DNA of 64,000 nucleotides from NCBI GenBank assembly GCA_963665115.1, contig OY762007.1:4544001-4608000 (forward strand), given 5' to 3'. The notes under the pieces were generated by a model that had not been told where the DNA came from, ran no database searches, and saw nothing but the letters and a program-made list of their open reading frames with translations. The translations under genes and the position numbers were made by a program. This DNA is from an uncultured Rivularia sp. (GTDB lineage: Bacteria; Cyanobacteriota; Cyanobacteriia; Cyanobacteriales; Nostocaceae). Positions 46,007-55,842 of the stretch are shown piece by piece; within the stretch, counting starts at the first letter, position 1; each line of letters begins with the position of its first letter.

Positions 46007-47989
46007 ATGGGAAAAGTTATTGGGATCGACTTGGGCACTACCAATAGTTGTGTCGCAGTTTTGGAAGGTGGGAAACCCCTTGTAATAGCTAATTCAGAAG
46101 GCGGACGTACTACTCCGTCTATTGTTGGATTTGGCAAAGGCGGCGAGCGCTTAGTCGGTCCTCTGGCAAAGCGGCAAGCAGTAACTAATGCGGAAAACAC
46201 TATATACAGTATTAAGCGATTTATTGGTCGTCGTTGGGATGATACTCAAGAGGAACGCGCTCGCGTACCATATAGCTGTGACAAAGGTAGAGACGATACT
46301 GTTGATGTCCAAATTCGCGGACGCAATTACACGCCTCAAGAAATCTCCGCAATGATTTTACAGAAGTTAAAGCAGGATGCGGAAAGTTTCTTAGGTGAAG
46401 ATGTAACTGAAGCAGTAATCACAGTTCCGGCGTATTTTACTGATGCTCAAAGACAAGCGACTAAAGACGCGGGAACAATTGCTGGATTAGAAGTACTGCG
46501 AATTATCAACGAGCCAACCGCTGCGGCTTTAGCATTTGGTTTGGATAAACAAGATGAAGAACAGTTGATTCTTGTATTTGACTTGGGAGGTGGAACTTTT
46601 GATGTTTCTATCTTGCAACTCGGAGATGGAGTGTTTGAAGTAAAAGCAACTTGTGGCAACAATCATCTTGGTGGAGACGATTTTGATAACTGTATCGTCC
46701 AGTGGATGATGGAGGTTTTTTACCACCAAGAAAAAATCGATCTTTCCGAAGATAAGATGGCGCTGCAACGGTTGCGGGAAGCTGCCGAGAAGGCAAAGAT
46801 TGAGCTTTCCACGATGCCGACTACCTCAATCAACTTGCCGTTTATTACCGCTAATGAAACTGGGCCAAAACATTTGGAAATGGAACTTAGCCGTTCCAAA
46901 TTTGAAGAAGTTAGCAGCGATTTGATTCAAGCTATTGTTGAACCAATGGTTCAGTCGCTCAAAGATGCAGACCTAAAGCCAGATATGATGGACAAAATTA
47001 TTCTGGTGGGTGGCTCCACTCGCATCCCGGCAGTGCAGAATGCTTTAATGAACTTTTTTGGTGGGAAAGCCCCGGATCGTTCCATTAACCCCGACGAAGC
47101 TGTAGCTCTTGGTGCTGCAATTCAAGCTGGAGTATTGGGTGGCGAAGTTGATAATTTACTGCTTTTGGATGTCACTCCTTTATCCTTGGGACTCGAAACT
47201 CTAGGGGAAGTATTTACCAAAATCATGGAGCGTAATACTACAATTCCTACTAGTAAATCCCAGGTATTTTCCACAGCAGTTGACGGACAAAACTCGGTAG
47301 AAATTCACGTTCTTCAAGGTGAAAGAGCGATGGCGCGGGATAACAAAAGTTTGGGTAAATTCCTGTTGAATGGAATACCTCCGGCTCCCCGTGGCGTACC
47401 GCAGATTGAAGTCTCTTTTGAAATCGATGTTAACGGTATTCTCAAAGTAGGCGCTCAAGATAAAGGTACTGGTAGAGAACAAAGCATTCGGATTACCAAT
47501 ACAGGCGGTTTGAGTCAGAATGAAGTAGAAAAAATGCGTCAGGAAGCCGAAACCTTTGCCGAGCAAGACAGAAGACGCTTAGAGTTAATCGAATTAACAA
47601 ACCAAGCTAACACTCTCTTACACAGTTACGAATCGGCTAAGGTAGATAATGCTGACTTAATCGACGAGCAGCTTAAAGCTTCTATTGATGAAAAATTAGC
47701 GCTATTGCAAGCTGCAATGGCTAACCAACAAATACCCGTCGCAGAATTCAAACAATGTTTGGACGAGTTTCAGCAAACAGTATTCGCCATTGGTGCGGAG
47801 GCATACAGTCGCGTTAACACTGGAAGCTACGAAGAGACAGTTGAACCTGAAGCATCCGATAATTCCGATAGTCCTTCGATTCCAGAAGCAGAAGATAGCG
47901 AAGCATCAAAAGAAGCTTTTGCACCACAATTTAATTTTGATTTTGAAGAAGACGGTACAGTCCAAGCTGATTACGAAGCTATAGATTAA
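46007..47989 (+). CDS. dnaK: Chaperone DnaK
   Basis: [19 protein letters not shown] and VGGSTRIP; acidic C-terminus ending DYEAID. Confidence 0.97.
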   Translation: MGKVIGIDLGTTNSCVAVLEGGKPLVIANSEGGRTTPSIVGFGKGGERLVGPLAKRQAVTNAENTIYSIKRFIGRRWDDTQEERARVPYSCDKGRDDTVDVQIRGRNYTPQEISAMILQKLKQDAESFLGEDVTEAVITVPAYFTDAQRQATKDAGTIAGLEVLRIINEPTAAALAFGLDKQDEEQLILVFDLGGGTFDVSILQLGDGVFEVKATCGNNHLGGDDFDNCIVQWMMEVFYHQEKIDLSEDKMALQRLREAAEKAKIELSTMPTTSINLPFITANETGPKHLEMELSRSKFEEVSSDLIQAIVEPMVQSLKDADLKPDMMDKIILVGGSTRIPAVQNALMNFFGGKAPDRSINPDEAVALGAAIQAGVLGGEVDNLLLLDVTPLSLGLETLGEVFTKIMERNTTIPTSKSQVFSTAVDGQNSVEIHVLQGERAMARDNKSLGKFLLNGIPPAPRGVPQIEVSFEIDVNGILKVGAQDKGTGREQSIRITNTGGLSQNEVEKMRQEAETFAEQDRRRLELIELTNQANTLLHSYESAKVDNADLIDEQLKASIDEKLALLQAAMANQQIPVAEFKQCLDEFQQTVFAIGAEAYSRVNTGSYEETVEPEASDNSDSPSIPEAEDSEASKEAFAPQFNFDFEEDGTVQADYEAID

Positions 47990-48112
47990 TTGCAAATTTA
48001 TATATAGTGCAGCACAGTTGGAACTTTTACACGAAAACCTTTCCTACCTTAGTGGGGAAGGTTTCTGCTTGTATAATCATTATCTGTAGAATAAATTAGA
48101 TCGCAGCTACTA

Positions 48113-48211
48113 AGCTGATGTGCAGCTAAATTGGATAATGCAAAAATCTGAAAAGATGGTAGTGCGAGCATCTTGCTCGCTAGTACTATACAAATTAAAT
48201 GCGTAGCAGCT
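48113..48211. mobile_element. ~99-bp MITE, TA target duplication, internal REP hairpin
   Basis: TA-AGCTGATGTGCA...TGCGTAGCAGCT-TA; inverted copy at 53346-53443. Confidence 0.8.
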
Positions 48212-48292
48212 TAGCCCTAATCAACCTTAAATAATTTGTTTAGATATTAAGCCAGCAAATTGCAGCATTTGTGCATGGTATTACAATGGTTT

Positions 48293-48580
48293 GGATGACA
48301 TAAAATATCCTATGGCGGGTTTTCCACACTAATAGGTGCGGCTAGCCCTTCTGTAATGAGTCTGCTTATTGCACATCTACGTAGCACAATTGTAAGAGAG
48401 TCGGCGATAAGCCGACGAAGACGAATCTTGTCCTTACTCAAGTTACACCCGCGCTTTAATATTTGCTGGTGAGACAACTCAGCAGTAAATCAGTTGATGG
48501 AGTCGGCTTCCGTGCCATCAAACTCATTAACCCGTGCAATGCCCCATCGAGGCACGTCCGAAGGAGATACCTAAAGGATG
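48293..48580 (+). ncRNA. Candidate large structured RNA or dnaJ 5' leader
   Basis: TTGCAG-16-TACAAT promoter at 48260-48287, several nested helices, no ORF. Confidence 0.55.
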
Positions 48581-48698
48581 ATTTTTATGAAGAGTAAAGT
48601 GTAAAATCAATTATTAATAATAAAACTTAACTTTTTGCCTTCTGCCTTCCGCATAACTGCATATTAGTTTCCCACATTTTAACTTTTACCTTTGTTTT

Positions 48699-49824
48699 AT
48701 GGCTAGCGACTATTATGAAATTCTGGGTGTCTCTCGCGACACCGACAAAGAAGAAATGAAAAGTGCTTACCGCCGCTTAGCCCGGAAGTATCACCCAGAC
48801 GTGAACAAAGAGCCGGGAGCCGAGGAGCGGTTTAAGGAAATCAACCGCGCTTATGAAGTGCTTTCGGAGCCTGAAACTCGCGCTCGTTACGACCGCTTTG
48901 GAGAACAAGGAGTTTCGGGTGCTGGCGCTGCTGGCTTCCAAGATTTCGGCGATATGGGCGGTTTTGCTGATATCTTTGAAAGCATTTTCAGTGGCTTTGC
49001 TGGAGGTGCAGGTCAGTCTCAAAGGCGGCGCAGCGGACCAGTTCGAGGTGACGATCTCCGCTTAGACTTAAAACTCGATTTTCGGGAAGCGGTATTTGGT
49101 GGTGAAAAAGAAATTCGTATCTCCCACCTGGAAACTTGCGAAGTTTGTAATGGTTCTGGTGCTAAACCAGGGACTCGTCCTCGGGTTTGTTCTACCTGTA
49201 GTGGTTCCGGTCAGGTTCGCCGCGTCACTAGAACGCCTTTTGGTAGCTTTACCCAAGTATCCACTTGTCCTACCTGTAACGGACAAGGAATGGTCGTTGA
49301 AGATAAATGCGACGCTTGTGAAGGTAAAGGTGCAAATCAGGTAACTAAGAAACTTAAAATTACCATTCCTGCGGGGGTTGACAACGGCACGCGCTTACGA
49401 ATATCCAATGAAGGAGATGCCGGAATGCGGGGTGGTGCGCCCGGAGATTTATACGTTTACTTATTCGTAAATGAAGATGAAGAGTTCCAGCGCGATGGAA
49501 TTAACGTACTTTCTGAAATAAAAGTTAGCTATCTTCAGGCAATTTTAGGATGCCGATTGGAAGTAGAAACTGTAGATGGTCCGGTAGAAATGATTATTCC
49601 GCCCGGAAACTCAGCCTAATACAGTAATGAAGTTGGAAAATCGCGGCGTTCCGCGTTTGGGAAATCCTGTAAGTAGGGGCGATCATATGATTACGATATT
49701 GATTGATATTCCGAACAAGGTCACACCTGACGAAAGAGAATTACTCGAAAAGCTAGCTAAAATTAAGGGAGAACGCACTGGTAAAGGCGGCTTAGAAGGT
49801 TTTTTGGGAAAATTATTTAATTAA
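48699..49824 (+). CDS. dnaJ: Chaperone DnaJ (type I); +1 frameshift near 49608
   Basis: HPD J-domain, G/F region and four CxxCxGxG repeats. Removing one A gives [16 protein letters not shown], joining ORF 49627..49824. Confidence 0.95.
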
Positions 49825-49828
49825 AATA

Positions 49829-50086
49829 ATGAGTGTATCTTCACTTTTATCTCCCGATGCTCAACTTGACTTACGGGGAACTCCTTGTCCGATTAATTTT
49901 GTGCGAACAAAACTTCGTTTGCAGCAAATGCAGCCAGGAGAATTATTAGAAGTCTGGTTAGATCCGGGAGAGCCAATTGAGCAAGTTCCCGATAGCTTGA
50001 CAATGGCAGGTTATCAAGTTGAACAAATTAACGACTGTTCCGGCTATTTTTCCTTATTGATACGGTGTCCAGTTACTGACTCATGA
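49829..50086 (+). CDS. TusA/SirA-like sulfurtransferase
   Basis: LDLRGTPCPIN motif. Confidence 0.88.
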   Translation: MSVSSLLSPDAQLDLRGTPCPINFVRTKLRLQQMQPGELLEVWLDPGEPIEQVPDSLTMAGYQVEQINDCSGYFSLLIRCPVTDS

Positions 50087-51210
50087 GTGATGAAGCATCA
50101 ATAAAATCGGGACAGTTATTAGGTACGGTTCTTGCCGTGCAGGCTAACTTTTACAGAGTTCAATTGGATGGAGAAGGGGAGAAGGGGAGAAGAGGAGAAG
50201 AGGATGGGGAGATAAATGCATTTTCTGCCTCGGCTTCTTCTCCCAATCCACCACTCCTTTTATGCACGCGCAGAACACGCTTAAAGAAAATTGGTCAACA
50301 AGTAATAGTTGGCGATCGCGTTGTGGTAGAAGAACCCGATTGGGCTGATGGTAGGGGTGCCATTGCCGATGTCTTACCCCGCAATTCTCAACTCGATCGT
50401 CCGGCGATCGCCAATGTAAACCAAATATTGTTAGTGTTTGCTGTTACAGATCCTCCCTTGGAACCTTATCAACTGAGTCGCTTTTTGGTGAAAGGTGAAT
50501 CCACGGGGTTGGATGTAGTGTTATGTTTGAATAAAAGCGATTTGATAACTTCTCAAGAACAGTCAGAAATAAAAGAACGTCTTAATAGTTGGGGCTATCA
50601 ACCTACGTTTATCAGTGTTTACAAAGGTATAAATATGAACGCTGTAGACGAGATTCTTGGAAGCAAAATCACTGTTCTTGCTGGAGCTTCCGGTGTGGGA
50701 AAATCCAGTTTAATTAACACTTTGATTCCCAGTGCCAACTTAAGAGTAGCCGAGGTTTCCGGTAAGCTAGCTCGCGGAAGACATACCACTCGTCACGTAG
50801 AATTATTTGAAATTCCTGGAGGAGGTTTACTAGCAGATACTCCAGGTTTCAATCAACCAGACTTAGATTGCACCCCAGAAGAACTAGTTAGTTACTTTCC
50901 AGAAGCTAGAGAAAAGTTAGAAAGTGGTAGCTGTCGATTTAATAACTGTTTGCATAAAGACGAACCCGATTGCGTAGTGCGGGGAGATTGGGAACGTTAC
51001 GAAGATTATTTAGAATTTTTAGAAGAAGCAATAGAACGTCAAACCTGGCTTAGACAGCAAGCAGATCCAGAATCTAATCTTAAATTAAAAAGTAAAGGTA
51101 AAGGGCGGCAAGAATATGAGCCGAGATTAGAAAGCAAAAAATATCGCCGCGTTTCTCGAAAAAAACAACAGCAAAAATTGCAGGAATTGTACAAAGAAAG
51201 CGAAGAATAA
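50083..51210 (+). CDS. rsgA: Small ribosomal subunit biogenesis GTPase RsgA
   Basis: NKSD, GASGVGKSS, GRHTT, DTPG and CRFNNCLHKDEPDC. Confidence 0.95.
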   Translation: MSDEASIKSGQLLGTVLAVQANFYRVQLDGEGEKGRRGEEDGEINAFSASASSPNPPLLLCTRRTRLKKIGQQVIVGDRVVVEEPDWADGRGAIADVLPRNSQLDRPAIANVNQILLVFAVTDPPLEPYQLSRFLVKGESTGLDVVLCLNKSDLITSQEQSEIKERLNSWGYQPTFISVYKGINMNAVDEILGSKITVLAGASGVGKSSLINTLIPSANLRVAEVSGKLARGRHTTRHVELFEIPGGGLLADTPGFNQPDLDCTPEELVSYFPEAREKLESGSCRFNNCLHKDEPDCVVRGDWERYEDYLEFLEEAIERQTWLRQQADPESNLKLKSKGKGRQEYEPRLESKKYRRVSRKKQQQKLQELYKESEE

Positions 51211-51565
51211 ATAATTGGGCATGGGGGATTGGGCATAGGGGATAAGGGATAAGGGAGATAAAAAATTATTAATTCCTAACTCCGAACTCTTAACTCCTAA
51301 TTCCTAACTCTTGCCCATGCCCTATGCCCCATGCCTATACTCCATAAATAAATAATTAGCAACGATAGTCTACTCATTCCCATAAAGTCTTAAAATATTG
51401 TTAACTTCTGACTAACTAGAAATTTTCCTTGGGTGAGTAAAAACTCTCGCAGGCTTGGTTTATTTAGTCACACATTTTTAAAGTGTGCGATAGATTCTTG
51501 CTTGCTTTCCGAACGAATTCTTCTGCTTAGTCACAATATATAGATATAATCTCGGAATTGATACT

Positions 51566-53155
51566 ATGGCTATTGGCTACGTTGCGCTCGTACTTCACGC
51601 ACATCTGCCCTTCGTTCGTCACCCAGAAAGTGACTATGTGCTGGAGGAAGAATGGCTTTATGAAGCAATTACGGAAACTTACATTCCTTTACTACGTGTT
51701 TTTGAAGGTTTGAAGCAAGATGGTGTTGATTTTAAAATCACCATGAGCATGACACCACCTTTGGTTTCAATGCTGCGAGATCCGCTATTGCAAGAACGTT
51801 ATAACGAACACCTGGCTAAACTACAGGAACTCATAGAATTAGAAATTGAACATAATGCTAAAAATGGTCATCTTAAATATTTAGCCGAGCATTACCAGAG
51901 CGAATTTGCCGCTACTAGAGAAATTTGGGAACGATATAAAGGCGATTTAGTAACTGCTTTCAAGGAATTCCAAGATTCTAACAATATTGATATCATCACC
52001 TGTGGTGCGACTCACGGTTACTTGCCGTTAATGAAGATGTATCCCCAAGCGGTTTGGGCACAGATTCAAGTAGCAGCAGAGCATTATGAAGAAAATTTTG
52101 GTCGTCCCCCTAGAGGTATTTGGCTGCCGGAATGCGCTTATTATGAAGGTTTAGAGCGCATGGTGGCGGATGCTGGATTGCGTTATTTTCTTACCGATGG
52201 ACATGGTATTTTGTATGCTCGTCCTCGTCCCCGTTTTGGTACTTATGCACCTATTTTTACCGAAAGTGGCGTTGCAGCTTTTGGACGGGACCATGAATCT
52301 TCTCAACAAGTATGGTCTTCCGAAGTGGGTTATCCCGGTGCTGCGGAATATCGAGAATTTTATAAAGATTTGGGTTGGGAGGCTGAATACGAATATATTA
52401 AGCCTTTCATTATGCCTAACGGTCAGCGAAAGAATACGGGCATCAAATATCACAAAATTACTGGTCGTGGTTTAGGACTTGGAGATAAGCAACTTTACGA
52501 TCCTTATTGGGCGCGAGAAAAAACCGCAGAACACGCTTCTAACTTCGCATTTAACCGCGAACGTCAAGTTGAACATCTCCACAATATGATGCATCGTCCT
52601 CCAATTGTGGTTTCTCCCTACGATGCAGAATTGTTCGGACATTGGTGGTATGAAGGTCCTTGGTTTATTGATTATCTCTTCCGTAAGTCTTGGTTTGACC
52701 AAAATACCTATGACATGATTCACTTGTCAGATTATTTGAAAACTAATCCGGTTCAACAAGTTTGTCGTCCTTCTCAATCAAGTTGGGGATATAAGGGATT
52801 TCATGAGTATTGGTTAAACGAAACTAACACGTGGATTTACCCACATTTACATAAAGCTGCCGAGCGGATGATTGAATTATCAAGTCGGGAAGCAGAAGAT
52901 GAGTTGGAGTGGAAAGCTCTCAATCAAGCTGCAAGAGAGTTACTTTTAGCACAGAGTTCCGACTGGGCATTTATTATGCGAACCGGAACAATGGTTCCTT
53001 ACGCTGTAAGAAGAACCCGTTCTCACTTGATGCGATTTAATAAGCTTTACGAAGATATTAATATTGGAAAAATTGATAGCGGATGGTTGGAGAAAGTTGA
53101 ATACATAGATAATATTTTTCCAAGTATCAATTATCGAGCATATCGAACTTTGTAA
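51566..53155 (+). CDS. Glycoside hydrolase family 57 (branching-enzyme-like, DUF1957)
   Basis: HAHLP, WLPECAY, YDAELFGHWWYEG and AQSSDW motifs. Confidence 0.92.
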   Translation: MAIGYVALVLHAHLPFVRHPESDYVLEEEWLYEAITETYIPLLRVFEGLKQDGVDFKITMSMTPPLVSMLRDPLLQERYNEHLAKLQELIELEIEHNAKNGHLKYLAEHYQSEFAATREIWERYKGDLVTAFKEFQDSNNIDIITCGATHGYLPLMKMYPQAVWAQIQVAAEHYEENFGRPPRGIWLPECAYYEGLERMVADAGLRYFLTDGHGILYARPRPRFGTYAPIFTESGVAAFGRDHESSQQVWSSEVGYPGAAEYREFYKDLGWEAEYEYIKPFIMPNGQRKNTGIKYHKITGRGLGLGDKQLYDPYWAREKTAEHASNFAFNRERQVEHLHNMMHRPPIVVSPYDAELFGHWWYEGPWFIDYLFRKSWFDQNTYDMIHLSDYLKTNPVQQVCRPSQSSWGYKGFHEYWLNETNTWIYPHLHKAAERMIELSSREAEDELEWKALNQAARELLLAQSSDWAFIMRTGTMVPYAVRRTRSHLMRFNKLYEDINIGKIDSGWLEKVEYIDNIFPSINYRAYRTL

Positions 53156-53231
53156 TCAAAAGGCGCAAAATTTTCTAGGGTGGGCATTGTCCACCTTATT
53201 TTATTTATATTATTAAGGAGTAGAATTTATT

Positions 53232-53520
53232 TTACCAACGGAGAAGCAAGGTTTAGCTTGCATACGGGTTTGTCAAATGTTGTCAAATTGATATAAAGAC
53301 ATTCAGCTATTCCAATTTGATCGTAAAACACAAGAAGTTTACATAAGCTGTTACGCACTTAATTTGTATAGTACTAGCGGGCAAGATGCCCGCACTACAA
53401 TAATTCCAAATTTTTTTAAATACAACTTAGCTGCACATCAGCTTATTAGCTGGAGAGAATCTTCAAATAATTGTTTACCCAAATGGCGAATGGGAGTTTA
53501 TTAATGATGCAGAATTATGA
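53232..53520 (+). pseudogene. DUF6888-like small gene interrupted by a MITE and a stop codon
   Basis: LPTEKQGLACIRVCQMLSN*YKDIQLFQFDRKTQEVYI|LAGENLQIIVYPNGEWEFINDAEL once 53346-53445 is removed. Confidence 0.65.
53346..53443. mobile_element. ~98-bp MITE, TA target duplication
   Basis: TA-AGCTGTTACGCA...TGCACATCAGCT-TA; reverse-complement relative of 48113-48211. Confidence 0.85.
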
Positions 53521-53701
53521 AAAAATGACTTTTACAGAATTAAGAGCTTACGTGGTTAAAAATCGCGATGATATTGAAGCACTGCGTTTTTTGATGAGCA
53601 AACGCGATCCTAATTCAACTAAATATCCTGCACCAATAACTGAAGCTCAGATGCAAGAACAGAGGTCGCCTATTCGACGCAAGGTTAATGAAGATTCTTG
53701 A
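53504..53701 (+). CDS. DUF6887-like small protein
   Basis: MTFTELRAYVVKNRDDIEAL; its start overlaps the end of the upstream DUF6888-like gene. Confidence 0.65.
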   Translation: MMQNYEKMTFTELRAYVVKNRDDIEALRFLMSKRDPNSTKYPAPITEAQMQEQRSPIRRKVNEDS

Positions 53702-53735
53702 AATTCGGGCATTGCTTGAAGAAAAAAACTATACC

Positions 53736-53773
53736 AAGAAAGCCCTCAACATTGTTACACTGAGGGCTTTCTT
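53736..53773. terminator. Bidirectional terminator
   Basis: AAGAAAGCCCTCA..TGAGGGCTTTCTT between convergent genes. Confidence 0.7.
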
Positions 53774-53814
53774 TATAGAAATTTATGCTGTCACAGAAGC
53801 ACTTCATTATTCTG

Positions 53815-54048
53815 CTATTTACCGATTCGCTTACCAGCATAAGTATCAACAACAACATAAGCAGGTACGCGCTCCATGTAATCAGTTTCCTTACCAGTAA
53901 AGGATTTAGCTAAAAAATCAAAAGACTCAGAACCCCAATTACGTTCATGGATGGGCTTGCTTTGTTCTCCTCGGAAATATGCTTGACTACCTATTAATGC
54001 AGCGGCTACCCAAGCTACAGCAAATAGTGAAATTAATATAGTCATCAT
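53815..54048 (-). CDS. Small single-TM cyanobacterial protein, possibly Psb35-related
   Basis: N-terminal TM helix then AYFRGEQSKPIHERNW; family name recalled, not verified. Confidence 0.65.
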   Translation of the reverse strand: MMTILISLFAVAWVAAALIGSQAYFRGEQSKPIHERNWGSESFDFLAKSFTGKETDYMERVPAYVVVDTYAGKRIGK

Positions 54049-54083
54049 GTTACTTGTTGCCTCAAATTAAATTTTTGTTTCTT

Positions 54084-54101
54084 TATGTAAACAAAAGTAA
54101 C
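54084..54101 (-). promoter_or_regulatory. HLR1 (RpaB-binding) direct repeat
   Basis: Minus strand GTTACTTT-TG-TTTACATA fits (G/T)TTACA(T/A)(T/A)-N2 x2 with 1 mismatch. Confidence 0.6.
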
Positions 54102-54326
54102 AAAAAACCATAAGCCAGCTAAAGGTGTGTTAACCGATTTGTAAGGTAGGGTATTCCACCTTGCGTTATTGCGTATGAACTGAAATTGAAGATAAATTTA
54201 TTGTTCCACGTGCCGCGATTTATCGCTCGCATTTAAGGCTAAAGCCCCGATTGCGAACTTGATATAAGTTAATATTTCGATAGAGCAGAGAAATCTGCGT
54301 ACTCTAACGAAGATAATCAAAAAGAA

Positions 54327-55736
54327 TTAATCTCCACCTAATTCCACAAGTTTACCTATATTAAAATCTATCCTTGTCCAACCTTTTAATTTGGATAAGT
54401 TTTTCAGCAATAGCAAAGAAATTTGCCAATGATGCACCATTAAGAATGGTAGAGAATCGTTGAATGTGTAAATAGCGTCTGTACCTCGGAACATATTCTT
54501 AATCCAATTGCCTAATTGAGAAAAAGAACGAATTTCATTTAGTCGCCAAAATTCATGGTAAGTCCAATAAGTTGGTTTGCTATTGGGTAAAGCTTGTAAA
54601 GGTTCTGCGATAGCTTCTTTACTCAAGTAAGCATCGGCTGCTTGTTGCAATTGATCGTGAAATATAGTAATTGCAGAATGAGTGCGAGGATTACATTCAA
54701 TGGCATAGATATTTCCGTCTTCGGCTTCGATAAAATCAAAAGAAAGTTGCCCGGTAACTCCTAATTCTTTAACAAAGTGCGTTACCCATTCACGAATTTT
54801 TGAATGCTCTACGTTTTCGTAGTTGACTTGAAAAGCTGAAGATTCGCAACAACAATGCAGTCTTACCACACCGTCTCGAATGGTACTATGAGTACAGTAT
54901 TCTTTGCCAGGAATAAATTCTTGCATTATCCAAGGCTTTTGAGAACTAATTGGTAAGCTTCGTATAAAAGCTTCTGTTTCTTCTGGAGTGTCGCAAGGAA
55001 GCTTTGTTAAATCCAAACGTCTTACTGAATCGTAAGGAATGCTTTTAATAATGTATTTGCGAGTCTCTTGAGAAAAATCAAAATTTAAAACTTGTTCGGG
55101 ATTAGTTATTTTAAAAGACTTAGGAACCGATAAACCAAAACTTTGGGCTTTTTCGCTAAATGCAAATTTATCATCGAGCATTTCGCAGGTAGCAGCATCT
55201 ATATGAAATACTTCGCAGTGTTCTGATAAAGTTTGTTTTGCTAAAGCATCATAGTAGCTAGCAATTGGGCTTGTTACCGGAATATATATATCAATGTTTT
55301 CTTTATTAACAATATCTATTAAAGCTTGAGTATAAACTTGTGAATCTTTTTGCGGAACGGGAGTTGTATAAAATTTATCTACAGCCTGAGAAAATCGATG
55401 TCCCGACAGCCAATATTTATGGGTTTCACTTAGCACTACCCGATGTCCTGCGGCATGAAAAAAACGCGCAAGCTGTAGTGCTTTGGTCATTTTTCCACCG
55501 CTAATAAGAATATTCTTCTTTTCGGTAGCTGTTGTTGTTGTCTGTTTTTTTTGAAACGGGAAAGTCAGTATATTTAAGAGTAACGATATAAGAACTATGG
55601 TGGCGTTAATTGGTAAGGCTAGCAAAAGTAAAGTTAAAGTTGCTAGATTTTGAAATAACGCGACAAAACGCATACCTATCGAAATAGGCGGTGTTGCTGG
55701 TGGAGATGAAGAAACAGAAATAGATGATTGTGCCAT
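54327..55736 (-). CDS. mysC: ATP-grasp ligase (mycosporine-glycine synthase)
   Basis: GGKMTKALQLAR, KSIPYDSVRRLDLTKLP, IECNPRTHS and DFNIGKLVE. Confidence 0.93.
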   Translation of the reverse strand: MAQSSISVSSSPPATPPISIGMRFVALFQNLATLTLLLLALPINATIVLISLLLNILTFPFQKKQTTTTATEKKNILISGGKMTKALQLARFFHAAGHRVVLSETHKYWLSGHRFSQAVDKFYTTPVPQKDSQVYTQALIDIVNKENIDIYIPVTSPIASYYDALAKQTLSEHCEVFHIDAATCEMLDDKFAFSEKAQSFGLSVPKSFKITNPEQVLNFDFSQETRKYIIKSIPYDSVRRLDLTKLPCDTPEETEAFIRSLPISSQKPWIMQEFIPGKEYCTHSTIRDGVVRLHCCCESSAFQVNYENVEHSKIREWVTHFVKELGVTGQLSFDFIEAEDGNIYAIECNPRTHSAITIFHDQLQQAADAYLSKEAIAEPLQALPNSKPTYWTYHEFWRLNEIRSFSQLGNWIKNMFRGTDAIYTFNDSLPFLMVHHWQISLLLLKNLSKLKGWTRIDFNIGKLVELGGD

Positions 55737-55842
55737 TTTTGAGTAAGAGTAGAGAAAATGTTACCTGTGTTTTTAAAGGTAATTTATAACTTTTACCCTC
55801 CTCAAGAAAAGAAGGCAAAAGTTATAAGTTTGACAGAGCTTG

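Noticed and set aside
45961..47566. Antisense ORFs inside dnaK, and similar shadow ORFs within plsX, metG, mutS2, pilB, GH57, mysA and petA
   Set aside because: They fully overlap well-supported genes, have no recognisable motifs, and are expected from codon bias on the opposite strand.
48293..48580. Group I/II intron, tmRNA, RNase P, SRP or 6S identity for the dnaK-dnaJ structured region
   Set aside because: I could not find their hallmark motifs (P/Q/R/S elements, GUGCG start or domain V, tRNA-like ends, GAGGAAAGUCC).
7998..49824. fabD, lptC, pepA, guaB-like and dnaJ as true pseudogenes or programmed frameshifts
   Set aside because: Each has one homopolymer indel with no other decay and no shared slippery motif; assembly error is more parsimonious.
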